A stretch of DNA of 64,000 bases. It comes from the human T2T-CHM13v2.0 reference genome, Homo sapiens. A program made the position numbers and the translations under genes. The DNA lies in NCBI RefSeq assembly GCF_009914755.1, contig NC_060936.1; one strand, written 5' to 3'. Each line of letters starts with the position of its first letter. Within the stretch, counting starts at the first letter, position 1. Below, piece by piece: positions 16,805 through 42,768 of this stretch. The notes below the pieces were generated by a model. The model did not search any database, had not been told where the DNA came from, and worked only from the letters and a program-made list of their open reading frames with translations.

Positions 16805-17850
16805 GTGGGGAAAAACAAAGAACACCAGAACGTAACTGTTCAACATACAATATCATCCTCCAACAGAAAAAATATCTGATGAAGTAAAAAAATTATCTTT
16901 TATTTGTTTTTTTGAGACAGGGTCTCACTCGCTAGCCCAAGCTGGAGTGCAGTGGCATCATCTTGGCTCACTGCAGCCTCAACTTCTGAAGCTCAAGTGA
17001 TCTCACCTCAGCCTCCAGAGTCATTGGGACCAGAGGAGCACACCACCATGCCCGGCTAATTTTAAAATTTTTTGTAGAGATGAGTTCTCACTATGTTGCC
17101 TAGGCTGGTCTCACACTCCTGGCCTCAAATGATCCTCCAGCCTCAACCTCCTAGTGTTGGGATTACAAGTGTGAGCCACCATGCCCAGCCACTATGTACC
17201 TTTACGAAAATTTTTCATTATTTCCAAAAATTCTCCAGTACTGTAGATTAGCCTCTTGGAATGTATCAGCCCCTTTAGAAGGCCTTTCATGACCCAAAGA
17301 GGCCACTTAGTGAAACCCATGATACATTCTAATAGCAGTATTATACCTCAGCAATCACAGCAGTAAAGAACTAAACTGTACCCTGGTGACCTAAAAGAGT
17401 TACTATACAACCCTAAGTGCATCTGTCTGAAAAATAAAATCTGGGAGATAGGTGAAAAAAAACTGGCAGAAGAATCCAGTACCCCTTAGAAATCACAGGA
17501 CAAGGAAAGCTGGTATATTTTCTGACTTCTCTTTCCAAAGTCTTTGGAACTGTTTTACACTTACAGCCATAAAACTTAATTTAGTCACTCTTTTTCTCCT
17601 TTTATCTTAAAATGAGATAGAGAAATTTGGCTTCTGAAACCAAACTGTTAACTTTACATGGACAAGTTGTGACTTCCTGATAGGATAAAGACTAAATAAA
17701 TGATTTCTAGACTAAATAAATAGATTTCTTCAAAAAGGAGTAGGCTTATTTAACCATACTTGATCATAAAGTAAGAGTAAATAAAACTGTTATAAGGTTA
17801 AACAGTATTAACAGATTTGGAAAACCTGCAAAATGTAAGAGTTTCTATAA

Positions 17851-18042
<192 letters not shown>

Positions 18043-18232
18043 TAGAGACGGGGTTTCACCATATTGGCCAGGCTGGTCTCAAACTCCTGACCTTGTGATC
18101 CGTCCGCCTCGGCCTCCCAAAGTTCTGGGATTACAGGCATGAGCCACCGTGCCCGGCCTGAGTTTCTATAATTTAAGCATCTTTAAGGTAAAGAAAAATT
18201 GAAAATGAGATTACAGGCAATTTAACGCACAA

Positions 18233-18263
18233 TTTAATGACCAGTTCAATGAGCTGGTTTATT
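18233..18263 (-). terminator. Candidate intronic poly(A) signals: AATAAA (18258-18263) and ATTAAA (18233-18238)
   Basis: Both hexamers lie 85-115 nt after the stop codon of the read-through frame of the 537-nt exon. Their use is not shown by sequence alone. Confidence 0.4.
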
Positions 18264-18475
18264 TGCTTGTAAAATTATTTTATCTAATGTAAAAATACTT
18301 GGTAAAGAAAAGTTCTTAATGGGGCTGGAAGACAAAAAGTCTGCATTTAAAAAAGGTTAACAAAATCAATAATATATGGGTAAGCATAGGCACAGAAGAA
18401 TAAAAAATTTAAAAATGTTAAAATCAATAATAAAGCCACTAATAACCACAAAAGGAAAACTATGGTTCTTTTTAC

Positions 18476-19012
18476 TTTGTCAAAGTTCTGCATCTGTTCC
18501 CGGTTGGTCAGCCAGGATTCCATGTCCTGGGCAGTCTGAATGACAAATGCTTCGTAATCTGCAAACATCTGTGTAAAACGGTTAGCAAAGACCTCTCGGA
18601 GCTGTACATTGAGCTGGTAGTCCCTTAGTTCTGCCTCTTCACAATGCAGTTTTAAATCCTTGTCTTTTTCACCCAGAGAAGCAGAGAGGTCCATTTTTTC
18701 CACAGCCACACCAGTACGCTTGGCCAGAGCCTGCAAGCGGGCTATGGTTTCATTGCCCTTCAGTAACTCATACATGCTGATGTTATTAGTACAGACATTG
18801 CCGTTCTTTTTGTCATTGACCAAGTCTTTCAGAACCATATTCTTCAGTTTGCTGGTACTCTCACTGCAATGTAGGCTGCCCTCAGGAGGGATCCCAAATT
18901 GAACAAGAACCTCAGAGAGTTCTTGGATAAAATCCACTTTATTGGGGAACTGTGGAAATTCTTCAGGCAACTCAATAAAATGGTTGTCAATGTCCACAAA
19001 ACACAAATTAGC
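18476..19012 (-). CDS. DENND5B: DENND5B coding exon (probably exon 5), 537 nt, phase 0->0: [11 protein letters not shown]...REQMQNFDK
   Basis: Inside ORF 18347-19036. Acceptor ttcag|GCT, donor AAA|gtaaaa. dDENN motif [21 protein letters not shown]. Confidence 0.97.
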
Positions 19013-20367
19013 CTGAAAGAGAAAAATGAAATACAAAGGTTTAAAATAAAGGAATTGTATGTGCTAACATATTCTTGCCAGCCAGCCACAGTGGCTCACA
19101 CATAATCCCAGCACTTTGGGAGGCCAAAGCAAAAGGATCGCTTGAGCCCAGGGGTTCGAGACAAGACTGGGAAACACGGCAAGATTCTGTTTCTACAAAA
19201 AGAAAAAAAAATTCTTGCCAACTATTACAAACAAAAGCATAGATTATGGTGCCTTTTATGTTAATCTTTGCAAGGTTTAGAATTTCTTATTCTTTAAAAA
19301 TAACCTCTTTTTCCATCATTTTTCCCTATGTGAGTTTTTTATACCATACTTAATATATATGAATAATTTTCTCTGGGTCTCAGCAATATATTATAATCTG
19401 AATATGATTTTCTAACAATTGGCATCCATTTAGGCATTCCTATGTGGGTAAGCGTGCCCAGACTCATAAGACCTTACAAATACATGATATTAGGTAAAAT
19501 GCTCACTGTATGCACTTGAACTTTCTTTGCCACTCCACTGCTCTAACATCTGTAATGCAGAATTGACAATAATCACCAAAAACCAGCAGCTGTAGTATCT
19601 CCCAATAGGATGAAACTGGCAAAATCAATCCAATTCACAGATAATCCACAAATTTTAACTTTACTCAAAATTCACTAAACCTCCTAGAGCAAAACCATTT
19701 CAGAAGTCATTATACCTAATGCAGGAGGCAGAGAGAGGTGGTAGAGGCAAGTGCATATGTAACTATGCACTTGATTAACCTTTGAATAATTAAGAGTTCA
19801 CACAAGATATTTTTGAGTTGAGTAGAAGAGGTGACAGAAATCAGAAGAAATGTTTGAGTTTGTTTACACTCTACATTTGGAATTTATTTTGAATAAATAT
19901 TTTAAATATTTTTCAAGTAGATATAGAAAATTCAAGAGGCCAAGCATATGTATAAAGTTCTGATTATCCCTCAGGTATCTGTAGTAGACTTCAAACAGTA
20001 TTTAACCTCTACTGTCCATACTCTCTTAATCACGACAAGGTTGTTAGTTAAAAAGAAGGTTGTGCTTCTAGATTGGGGGGTGGAGTGCCAAAAGTGTAGC
20101 CCATCACATAAAAATAATATTGATTACATCAATGGTTGAACATAAGACATGGGGTGGAAGTTAATAAACAAAATAGGAAGCTTCACTATGTGTTTCTCCC
20201 TGGCTCCCCCACCCCCAGGCACCAAGGGGAAAATTCACACTGCTCTCTGATCCTAGACGGCAAAGTAAGGGGAAAGGGGAAAGCAACCAGTCGGGTCTTT
20301 GTTTTTCTCTTTTGATCCTTGCTCTTCATGTTAGATACCAATTAGCAAGCAGCATAGTGAAACTCTA

Positions 20368-20865
<498 letters not shown>

Positions 20866-21326
20866 TTATGGCCTTTCCCTGCTATTTTTCCTCACCTCCA
20901 ATGTCAGCAGTTTTCTCTAAATAAATAAAGAGCTGAAATGTCGCATCTTGCTGAAGACAGTAGCACTGCCTACACCATTCTTTTCTTTTCTTTTTTTGAG
21001 ATGTAGTCTTGCTCTGTCACCCAGGCTGGAGTGTAGTGGTGCGATCTCAGCTCACTGCAACCTCTGCCTCCTGGGTTCGAGCAATTGTCTGCCTCAGCCT
21101 CCCGCGTAGCTGGGATTACAGGTGTCCACCACCATGCCTGGGTAATTTTTTTATATTCTTAGTAGAGATGGGGTTTCACCATCTTGGCCAGGCTGGTCTT
21201 GAACTCCTGACCTCGTAATCCACCTGCCTCAGCCTCTCACAGTGCTGGGATTATAGGTGTGAGCCACTGCGCCTGGCCGGCCTACACCATTCTTTACACT
21301 GAAAGGCTTAAATGAAGGTCACATAA

Positions 21327-21675
<349 letters not shown>

Positions 21676-22236
21676 TTACTAATTTGCTAATCTAAATGTT
21701 AACCAGCAACCTCCCACCACTTAGATTTTGTACTATCACCTTCACTAATGCCTTCCTACTACCTTTTTCTATCCCTCTCCTCCTCCTATGAAAAGGGAAA
21801 ATGATACATTTTCTGAAATTTTAAAGCTTATTATGGTCATGAAATCACTGCTGAGCTGAGTGTACTACAAAGTAGGAGTTCCAACACCATAGCTACTGGT
21901 CTGTCTTCATGATCCCACAAAAGTCTCCTATGTCTGCTTAAGAAGGGCCCAAGCTGGGGCTTTGATTATCTCAAAGTAGAACAGGAAATACAAACTGTGT
22001 TATGAAAATGTATTGAAGAAAACCAAAAAGCCCTTTCTCCAAAACAAACGAGAACTCTATAATAGGGCATTCTGATAAGTTGCTTCTCACTTTTAACACC
22101 ATTAAATTAAAAAAAATTCAGAAGAGCTCAATAAGTATTACATGATAAAAATTTACTCAACACCTCAATCTGACATTGCTTTAGGACTAAATATTTCTAC
22201 TGATCAACACTGCTCACAAGCCTTCATGATATGTAA

Positions 22237-22341
<105 letters not shown>

Positions 22342-22383
22342 TGAGATCAGCCTGACCAACATGGTGAAAGCCCGTCTCTACTA

Positions 22384-22877
<494 letters not shown>

Positions 22878-24186
22878 TCAAAAGTAAGAAAACAAAGGCT
22901 TAAAGCTTAATCATCTCTTCTGTCATGAAACCTTCCTATACCCTTACCCTAAAGGCATTCTGATCTCCTCTGGATCTTCTCTGTTCATTCATTCCTCTTA
23001 CTGACTTACTTTTTAACTTGTGTTATTGGTATTTGTAAATGACTTTTTTGAAAAGCAGAAATCACCTCTTTTTGACTTGGTGTCTCCCACTGTATTCTAC
23101 ACAAATAGCGTATGAGACAACTGTTTGGCAAATGAAAGAATAAGCTCTGAGGAGATGGTCATTTGGGGGAACCCTAAAACTGTAGGCCGGAGCAGGAAGT
23201 ATCCACAAATGAGAGACTAATGCAGCTCTCTTCATGTTTAGTAAGTGATCTCACTTCTCAGTGTCTGAAGTTAAGCCAGCTTGAGGGTAAGCCAGAGAGA
23301 GGAGAGCATTTAAAATATTCCCTCTGGGCCAGATGCTGTGGATGATGCTGGTAATCTTTGGAAAGCCAAAGCTAGAGGATCGCTTGAGCCCAAGAGTTCA
23401 AGACCAGCCTGGGCAATGTAGTGAGACTCCATCTCTACAAATAATAATTTTAAAAAATTAGCTGGGTGTGGTGGTGTGTGCCTCTCGTCCCAGCTACTCA
23501 TGAGGCTGAGGTGGGAGGATCTCCTGAGCTCAGGAGGTCAAGGCTGCAGTGAGCTGTGCCACCACATTCCTGCCTGGGTGACAGAGTGAGACCCTGTCTA
23601 AAAAATAAAATAAATTATTCCCTCAGAATCTCAGGGCAAGATATGACAAGAACAAAGTTGCAAAAGCAGCTCTGTTTCAGTTTTTCTCTTAACTTTTTGT
23701 CTACCAGTTACTGTGAAGATGAGTAAGAACAGTAGAAAGTGAGGTACATTCCATGCAATTAATCTTCAGTGCCTTCCTTCCACTCTCATTCTCTCTATCC
23801 TACTCCCTAAAAAACAGTATTACAAATGGCTACTTGTGGGTATCACTCTTAAATCATGAGGATAGCTAATTGGTGATTAATTTATAAATCTATGTAGTTA
23901 TATTAGTTAGCTAGCAACTAAAATCATACCTTCTTAAAATAATCATTTTGCAAATTTGTTATTTTTGTAACTATGTTTAGAAGTCTTGTCACTATTTTTA
24001 GCCATTATTTTATTTTAGACTTTTCAGGGAAAGGTGGAGGAAAGTATTACTAGTGAGTGCATTTAAGTCATTTTTTTAAATGACTATTTTTATATCTACT
24101 TCCTCTCCAAAATTATGTGAAGCAGATTATTTCACCTCATTGTAAAATGATACCAGAACAAAGAGGCTGTTAGCCTTTTCTTATAA

Positions 24187-24536
<350 letters not shown>

Positions 24537-25574
24537 GAAGCACTGCTATTTTCACAGCTAATTCAGGTTATTTCATATTATTCTACTCTATGAACAGATG
24601 AGTATACGTATTTATTAAGCAGTGTTGATCTCATTAATGAAAAATTAGAAAATCACAGACATTACTGTAGGAGCTTTCAGAATCCTTAAATTTGTTTATC
24701 TTTAGTGGATACAAACAGGCATAGAGATGGAAAGGTTTCCCAACTACAGATATATCAAGCTGCCATTTAAAAATCTCTCAACAATTGTTATGAAAAATGG
24801 AAAGACAACATACATATAAATTATCTTATAAAATATTACATGGATTAACATACAAAATAGATCAGTCACTCAACAAGAAACTAAAATATCATTAAGTCTT
24901 CAAAACAAAATGCATTTGGCTAGTCTATTTCTTTTTCCTTGAAAATTTAAAGGATTAACTTCTTGGAGCAAATAACATACTTGACTAATTTAATGAAAGC
25001 AAAAACAAGAACATTCAAGGAATAGAGAAAAGAGGTAAAACAGAGAAGAAAAACATGCACAAGCCCAAAAAGAACAATAGTCTGTATATGTCTCTTATGT
25101 GATCTGAATCATGCTATTTTCCTTTGAGCAAAAACCTTAATTTTTGTGGGGAAATATTCATTAGAATAAAAGTAAGCAGTGGATGATTATGAGAATCATT
25201 ACAGGAAATAATGGCTGTGGCTTAGTGTGTTAAATTCACTTATTAAAATGAGAATCTCTATGGGAAATAAGAACAAATAAAGGTGAATCTCAGCATGAGA
25301 TTCTATTAAGAAAGATGTGAATTAAATAGCTAGTGATATAATGTAATTAATCATCTTATGTTTTGTAAAAGGCTGTGGCACACTCTTATCCATATTTCAT
25401 TTCAAAGACCTTACATGGTAATCCTCAGTACCATTAACAATAAGTAACAATTAGGCCAGGCACGGTGGCTCATGCCTGTAATCCCAGCATTTTGGGAGGC
25501 CGGGGCGGGCAGATCACCTGAAGATGGGAGTTTGAGACCAGCCTGACCAACATGAAGAAAACCCGTCTCTACTA

Positions 25575-25724
<150 letters not shown>

Positions 25725-26717
25725 TCAAAAGAAAAGAAAAAAAAAAAGTAAAAACAACACCTAGGAGGTGTTATTATTCTTACTTTATAGATCAGAAATA
25801 TGCTTTCAATAATTCTTGTTTATTTATTTATTTTTGAGACGGAATCTCGCTCTGTCACCCTGGAGTGCAGTGGCACGATCTTGGCTTACTGAAACCTATA
25901 CCTCTAGGGTTCAAGCGATTCTCCTGCCTCAGCCTTCCAAGTACCTGGGACTACAGGTGTGTGCCACCATGCCTGGCTAATTTTTGGTATTTTTAGTAGA
26001 GATGGGTTTCATCATGTTAGCCAGGATGGTCTGGATCTCTTGACCTTGTGATCCGCCCACCTTGGCCTCCCAAAGTGCTGGGATTACAAGCACTTGTAAT
26101 CCCACCACGCCTGGCCTATTTTTTTAAACATTTGAAAGTACAACACACAGAAAGTATAACTTTAAGGTGGCATAAAAACTAGGTGTTAGAATTTTTATCT
26201 CAACCACCAAGCCAAGTTGACATTTAGAACAAATAACTGGCCTTGTATCTGAAAACAGAGAATACTGAAGTGTTTGATATTTCCATTATCCCTAGTTTGC
26301 TGCAACATGTTACTTTTCATTTGATAGAGGTCAAAAATAAAATTCAATTGATACAATGATTTAAGGATGCTAAAACCTGGGCTGTATTGTTTAAAAACAA
26401 AATTTATAACGTGAATAAAGAAAAAAAATATGTTACTAGAATAAAGCAATGAGATCATGCTACCACTGCTCCATCTTCAGAAATTTATAGTTGTGAAAAT
26501 CAGCCACTGTCTTGTTTTAAACCAGGTTTAATGACTATGTAGTAGTCATCATCAAGAGTCTGCATTCTATAGCTCAGGCTCTCCCCTAGCCATACTTGGA
26601 GATTTAGGAGAGTCAAAGAGACAGATAAAATTTTGACAAAGACAATGCAATCTAACGAAAGTCGCCTTGACCTAAATCAGCAAACAGCAAATGCTTCATC
26701 ATTCATTGTAGTTTTAC

Positions 26718-26905
26718 CTCTTGAGGAAGTTCTAGTTTAGAACGGTCAGTTCCTTCTTTTGACTGAAGGCCCATCAGATAAGGGACAGGAGCATCAAGAA
26801 AATGTAGCAGAGAAGCAGGTAGAATGGGCACATAAACATGTTGCCATTGAAATGGGAACAAAAGTGTGGTGATGCCTTCTGCCACAGTCATCAGGCGTTG
26901 ATAAT
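26718..26905 (-). CDS. DENND5B: DENND5B coding exon (probably exon 4), 188 nt, phase 1->0: [47 protein letters not shown]...LPQE
   Basis: Core cDENN motif [16 protein letters not shown]...DAPVPYLMG. Acceptor tgcag|ATT, donor GAG|gtaaaa. Confidence 0.97.
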
Positions 26906-27229
26906 CTGCACAGAACAAGGAAAAAGGAAAGGGAAGAGTCCAAGTAAAAACACAATCACTTCATTAAGCTGGAAAATGTGGATCTTAAGAAAAAAATTTC
27001 TGCGTTAAAAGTAAATATTTCTTTATGATCATACAGAAAATAGGTCAGTTCTATTCCACTGTAATTAAAGAATTAAATGGTTTCATTTGAATAGTTTTAA
27101 GGGGGTGTGGGTAGGTGGGAAACATCACACTCTTTGCTTCTTAAAATCATGGGTAGACGAACTTATATTCTCTTAAAGTGTGGAGGAATCAAGAACTAAT
27201 AAAACTGCTCTTGGCATTTATCCCACTAA

Positions 27230-27553
<324 letters not shown>

Positions 27554-28001
27554 TAACATTTTTGATCATTTTTTTATACATGAATGCTTACACAATTCCC
27601 ATTTTTCTTTTTTCTTTTGTTTTGAGACAGTCTGGCCCCGTCGCCCAGGCTGGAGTGCAGTGGCATGATCTCGGCTCACTGCAACCTCCATCAGAGGCTT
27701 TTTTCTTACACAGTATATATGACTGTGGCTATAGCTTTGGTTAGCTGATTATATTTATTTTAGCCTTTATTTTGGGGGTACAAGAAGTCAAACAGATACA
27801 TGCATTCATAGTTACACTTTCTATGTCTAACCCCTAACCACAAAACTATCATATCTGGGTATTCTCGAGTTAACAGAAAATTAAGGATTAGTGTTTTTGT
27901 TATGTTTTATTTACATGAACTCACTAGTTTATCAAAATTAAAAGCTCCCCACAATAGTAAAGCAGCCTTTTAAACCACTCTGCAAAGGCTGCTTTATACT
28001 T

Positions 28002-28312
28002 ACATATGTCCACAAGTCCGATTTAAATGTTTGGAAGTAGATATGCTTTAGAATTCAGATTTTTTAATTTAGAAAAGCAGTATGGTGCATATACCACATA
28101 TATGAACTATCTAGGGCAGTATCCTATAATTAAATACATTAATATTTCTGCAGCAAACCATATATGTCCCAGTAGGACAGATAATCAAAGAATATGAATA
28201 GGGTCACTTTGGTTCAGGTCTGGTTTTGCTGATGAATGAGTTACAAAAAGAATGTTTGGTTTTCAGAATTTTTTGGATTTGTAGAATTGAGGATAATGGA
28301 TTGTGGGCTTGT
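28002..28312. mobile_element. MER46C-like Tigger-derived DNA element
   Basis: Degenerate terminal inverted ends (gtccacaa... / ...ttgtgggcttgta) and gaattcagattttt motifs. Confidence 0.5.
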
Positions 28313-29263
28313 AATAATCCTTTCACAGAACCCACTGTGAACAAACACAGTAAAATCTTTGGGAGGAAGAATTTAGGGGAGTCTTTTTAAAAAGGTTAAG
28401 AAAATGATCAGATGTTACTTGAGTCACATCAACTCAAAGACCTGACCAAGCATAAACAGGATGTTTTCCATTTAAATTTTTTGTGTCATTTTATAATTTT
28501 AAATGACTACCTTTTTGGTAATGAATCATCAGTTATCCACAGCCCAAGTTTACTTAAAATTTTCCTTATTTGATTCATAAAGATTCAAATTTTAGGTGAA
28601 AATCTGTTTATAGGAATAACTTCTAGAACAAACACCAGGTGGCCTAAAAGGTAGGGGTCAGTCATACGAGCACAAAGAGCTAACCTAATTACCTGGGGTG
28701 GATACACACATTTTACAGCCAAGGCCCACTGAAGAAGCTAGGCTGAGACAGCTGGTACTCTCTGTGCAGGTGAGGCGGGTAGTAGAGGAGATCAGAAAAT
28801 CAGTTCCTACCACTCTGCTAGGATAATCAGGCAGATGTTTGAACTGTAGGCAATATGGGTCTTTTATCCCAGGGGCGGGGGCGGGGTGAGGATGAAAAGC
28901 TGACCTGAAACCCCTGAGGTCGGCTGGATGGCCCCTAGAAGTAGAAACTGTGCCCTAATCAGAACTAATTGAAGTTCTGCACTATCACAGGACTCCATTA
29001 TGGCACTTGGCCCCCGTACTGTCTCTCCTCTCTGTGGGTTTCCTAAGGACAGAGTGGCATCCACTTTCTCTGATTTTACCCATAAAGCATAGGGCCCACT
29101 TCACACCCAGTGCTGACTAAAATTTACTGATAACTACTAAATGTTATGTTTTTTTTCCTCTTAAGTTCAACAGAATCCTAACAAAATACAAAAAAAGGCC
29201 GGGCAGGCACAGTGGCTTATGCCTGTGATCCCAGTACTTTGGGAGACCGAGGTGGGTGGATTA

Positions 29264-29478
<215 letters not shown>

Positions 29479-29640
29479 TCAGAAAAAAAAACAAAAAACA
29501 AAAAGCCAAGCACAGTGGCTCAAGACCTGCAATCCCAGCACTTTGGGAGGCCAAGGCAGGAGAATCACCTGAGGCCAGGAGTTCAAGACTAGCCCGCCCA
29601 TCATGGCAAAACCCTGTCTCTAGTAAAAATATAAAAATTA

Positions 29641-29781
<141 letters not shown>

Positions 29782-31058
29782 TCAAAAAAACAAAAAACAA
29801 ACAAACAAAAAACCCAACAACAACAAAAACTCACCAGGAGTAGGCAGAGACAGTAATTTACAGTTATAGACTATGAAGACCAAATCCAGAGAAATCTCCT
29901 TAGATTCTGCTCTGTGGCCATCATTTCAACCAAGGATTGGGGCCTTTTATATTCTTGTAACCTCAGTATCTACCACAGTATCTGACATATAATAGAGGCT
30001 AAAACAATATTTTTGAACGAATAGATGATGATGGGATAAGAATATATATAATTTTGCTAGATATCTATAACTTAAAAAGACATGCTTAGATTTTATTCCA
30101 TCCATGTGTTGTGAGTGTTCTATGTCTATTCTTCTTTCCAGTTCTGCATTCTCTTCAAGACTGGTTGAAGTACCACACACATTATTAATTTTTTTTTTGA
30201 GATCGAGTTTTCACTCTTGCTGCCCAGGCTGGAGCGCAATGGCTCAATCTTGGATCACTGCAACCTCCACTTCCTGGGTTCAAGCGATTCTCCTGCCTCA
30301 CTCAGCCTCCTGAGTAGCTGGGATTACAGGCACACGCCACCACACCTGGCTAATTTTTTTGGATTTTTAGTAGAGATGGGGTTTCACCATGTTGGCCGGG
30401 CTGGTCTCGAACTCCTGACCTCAGGTGATCCACACGCCTTTGCCTCCCAAAGTGCTAAGATTACAGGCGTGAGCCACTGTGCCCAGCCCACACACTTTTT
30501 AATAATGCAATTACTCAGCAGAAATAAGACAATTCTTTTTAACTGAATCAAGAAATAAAAGGCAGAGTTTTCTTCTTTAAGCATTTTTTTTAAACTTAAA
30601 TATTTTAGGAAAGTCTTTTTATAATTGATACTCAAAGTGATGAATGTATAAAAGAAGTTATTTTAATATTTAAGACAGGCCTCAGCAAGGCACATGAGGC
30701 TCTTCATGATTTGGCCCTTGTCTGCCTCATTCCTTATCATCACTCCATATGCAGTAAGACCACTTGCTTGCAGTCCATGTTTTCACAGGCCTTGTGCCCC
30801 TTGTATATTGTTTTCCTCTGCCCAGAATGTCCCTTCCTCTTGCACTGCCTGACTAGGTTCCACTTTTTCCTCAGGCAATTGCTTCTTTGGAAAGCCTTCC
30901 CTAACACTTCTTATTATCACCAGAGTACTATCTACATGCTTCAACAGTACCCTATCTTTATTTCCATCCCAGGAATTATTCATCTCACTGAAACATTACA
31001 ATTCTATCATAATTCTCTCTTCATGGTCTCTCTTCCCCAATACCCCATCATCTCCTAG

Positions 31059-31352
<294 letters not shown>

Positions 31353-31564
31353 TGAGATTACAGGCATGAGCCACTGTGCCTGGACATATCTGTATTTCTA
31401 ATCTCAGAATTGTTAACATTCAACATATGACCTACTACATGATGAGTAGCCAGTAAACGTGCTTTGAGAAATTAATATGTTAACATCTAAGGCATGTAAA
31501 ATGAAATAAAAGTAGACATTAAAAAATTATGCTTGACTATATTATACAATAAAAACATACTGTC

Positions 31565-32455
<891 letters not shown>

Positions 32456-32459
32456 CAAG

Positions 32460-35560
<3,101 letters not shown>

Positions 35561-35842
35561 GGTGGCCAGGTGCATTGCCTCAGGTCTGTAATCCCAGCAC
35601 TTGGGAGGCCGAGGCAGGTGGATCACTGGAGGTCAGGAGTTCAAGACCAGCCTGGCCAACGTGGTGTAACTTGTCTCTACTAAAAATACAAAAATTAGCT
35701 AGCTGTGGTGGCATGTGCCTGTAATCCCAGCTACTCGGGAGGCTGAGGCAGGAGAATCACCTGAACCTGGAGGCAAAGGTTGCAGTGAGCCAAGATCACG
35801 CCACTGCACTCCAGCCTGGGTGACAGAGACAGACTCCATCTC

Positions 35843-35883
35843 AAAAAAAAAAAAAAAAAGAAGAAGAAGAAGAAGAAGAAGAA
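35843..35883 (+). repeat. A17(GAA)8 Alu-tail microsatellite
   Basis: Read directly at the 3' end of the Alu at 35563-35842. Confidence 0.9.
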
Positions 35884-35884
35884 A

Positions 35885-40530
<4,646 letters not shown>

Positions 40531-41954
40531 AGAACTATGATGTCCACTTGAGCATGCCTAGCAATTTGTGATGAGAAAGCTCCCAACTTTTTCAAGAAAA
40601 CTTTAAGTAGCTTCCACCTTCTGACAAGGTTAATTCACATACAACTCAAAGAGGAATGAAACGAACAGAGGGATGGCAGACAAGCACTGCAAAGGCACAC
40701 AGGCATGCAGTGTGGTGTGGGTAGTGGTTTATTTCCACTATGAAGAACCAAAGGAGGTAAGCAAGGCCCAAAAATGTTTCTTAGACTTCAATTATTGGTA
40801 TCAAAAGTTAGACAATGGTGTTTAAATTCCCCTTTTATTCTTCCACTAGTTCTTTGAAAAAAGAATCATACTCTGATTTTCATACTGTGCTGCTCCAGGT
40901 ATTTCCCAGTTGCAGAACAAAGTGCCCATTTCTGATCTGGGGTCCTAGAAAAGAGCCTTCACATCCTGGGTACATTTTCTCTACTTAGAATTTCTAGCTA
41001 GTTACCACTGCAAAGTGACAGTGATATATGCATTTCCTAAATAACAGATTGAATTGGTTTAAATGGGCTGTGGATCAGAATTTCAAATCAGTCTAGAAGG
41101 ACATTTTCATCACTGAAATCCACCTACTTTGATTCACTTTGGGTTTTCATGGTAACTCTTCAGCACATGCAATGTTTTTAAATTTATGGCATAGCTTTAT
41201 CAGTGAGTAAGAAATGAAGTATCACATGTTATTAAAACCCCCTTAACACAGTTAAGAAGAGTAAAGGAGGGCACCCAAGTACAAATCAACATAAGGACAC
41301 CTATTTCATTCATTTAACTGAAATATTTTTCTCTAATAGAAGAGACATTGTCAATATTAAAATCTAGATTTACACAGCGCTTTCATTTTATACTCTACAA
41401 TTACTTCGCATGACACCTTTACAATAGACCCACAGAATGAGTTAATCATTTAAAAATAAATATTGAGACAGATAAGGAGAGGTTAAGTGCAGTGCCCAAT
41501 ACAGTTAACACAGTGGTTAAGCATCTGAAAAAAGACTGATGAAACCCAATTCTTAGTAGTACTACATTACTTACTAGCTGTATCATCTTGGGCAGATTAC
41601 TTAGTTTCCCCAAGCCTCAATCTCCTCCTCAACAAAAAATGCACAACAGCACTAACTCACTGCTGTTGAGAGGATTAAATGTAGGGAAAAGATCCAAAAT
41701 ATACAATGCCTTTTTGTAGCACAATTCCTAACATAGAGTGATTTTAGTGAATGGTTATAAATTTACTGTATGGCAATTTTTTGGGGTATGTCACTTTAAA
41801 TTTTTTAAAAATCTAGCTCTATAATCTCAGGATTCACTCTGTTGTTCTCGGCATACAGATTACAAAAAAATACTCAAGAGTATAAAACCATATCCATAAA
41901 TGCTTATTCTTCTTCATTTGAAACTGAAATAAATTGGTAGATATTAATGAGCTA

Positions 41955-42122
<168 letters not shown>

Positions 42123-42456
42123 TTAGTCAGGTATGGTAATGCATGCCTGTAGTCCCAGCTACTCAGGAGGCTGAGGGGTGAAGGTTGCTTGAGCCCTGGA
42201 GTTTGAGGTTGCAGTGAGCTACGATCATGTCACTGCATTCCAGCCTGGGCACCAGAGTGACACCCTGTCTCAAAACAAACAAACAAAAAAAGAGCAGAAA
42301 TAGGAGAGCTCAGGACAGACCACAAACGGTGAGACATAACCTGCTACTTAAAAGAGGAGGTGTGGGCCGGGCGCGGTGGCTTACACCTGTAATCCCAGCA
42401 CTTTGGGAGGCCAAGGCAGGCAGATCACCTAGGGTCAGGAGTTCGAGACCAGCCTA

Positions 42457-42768
<312 letters not shown>

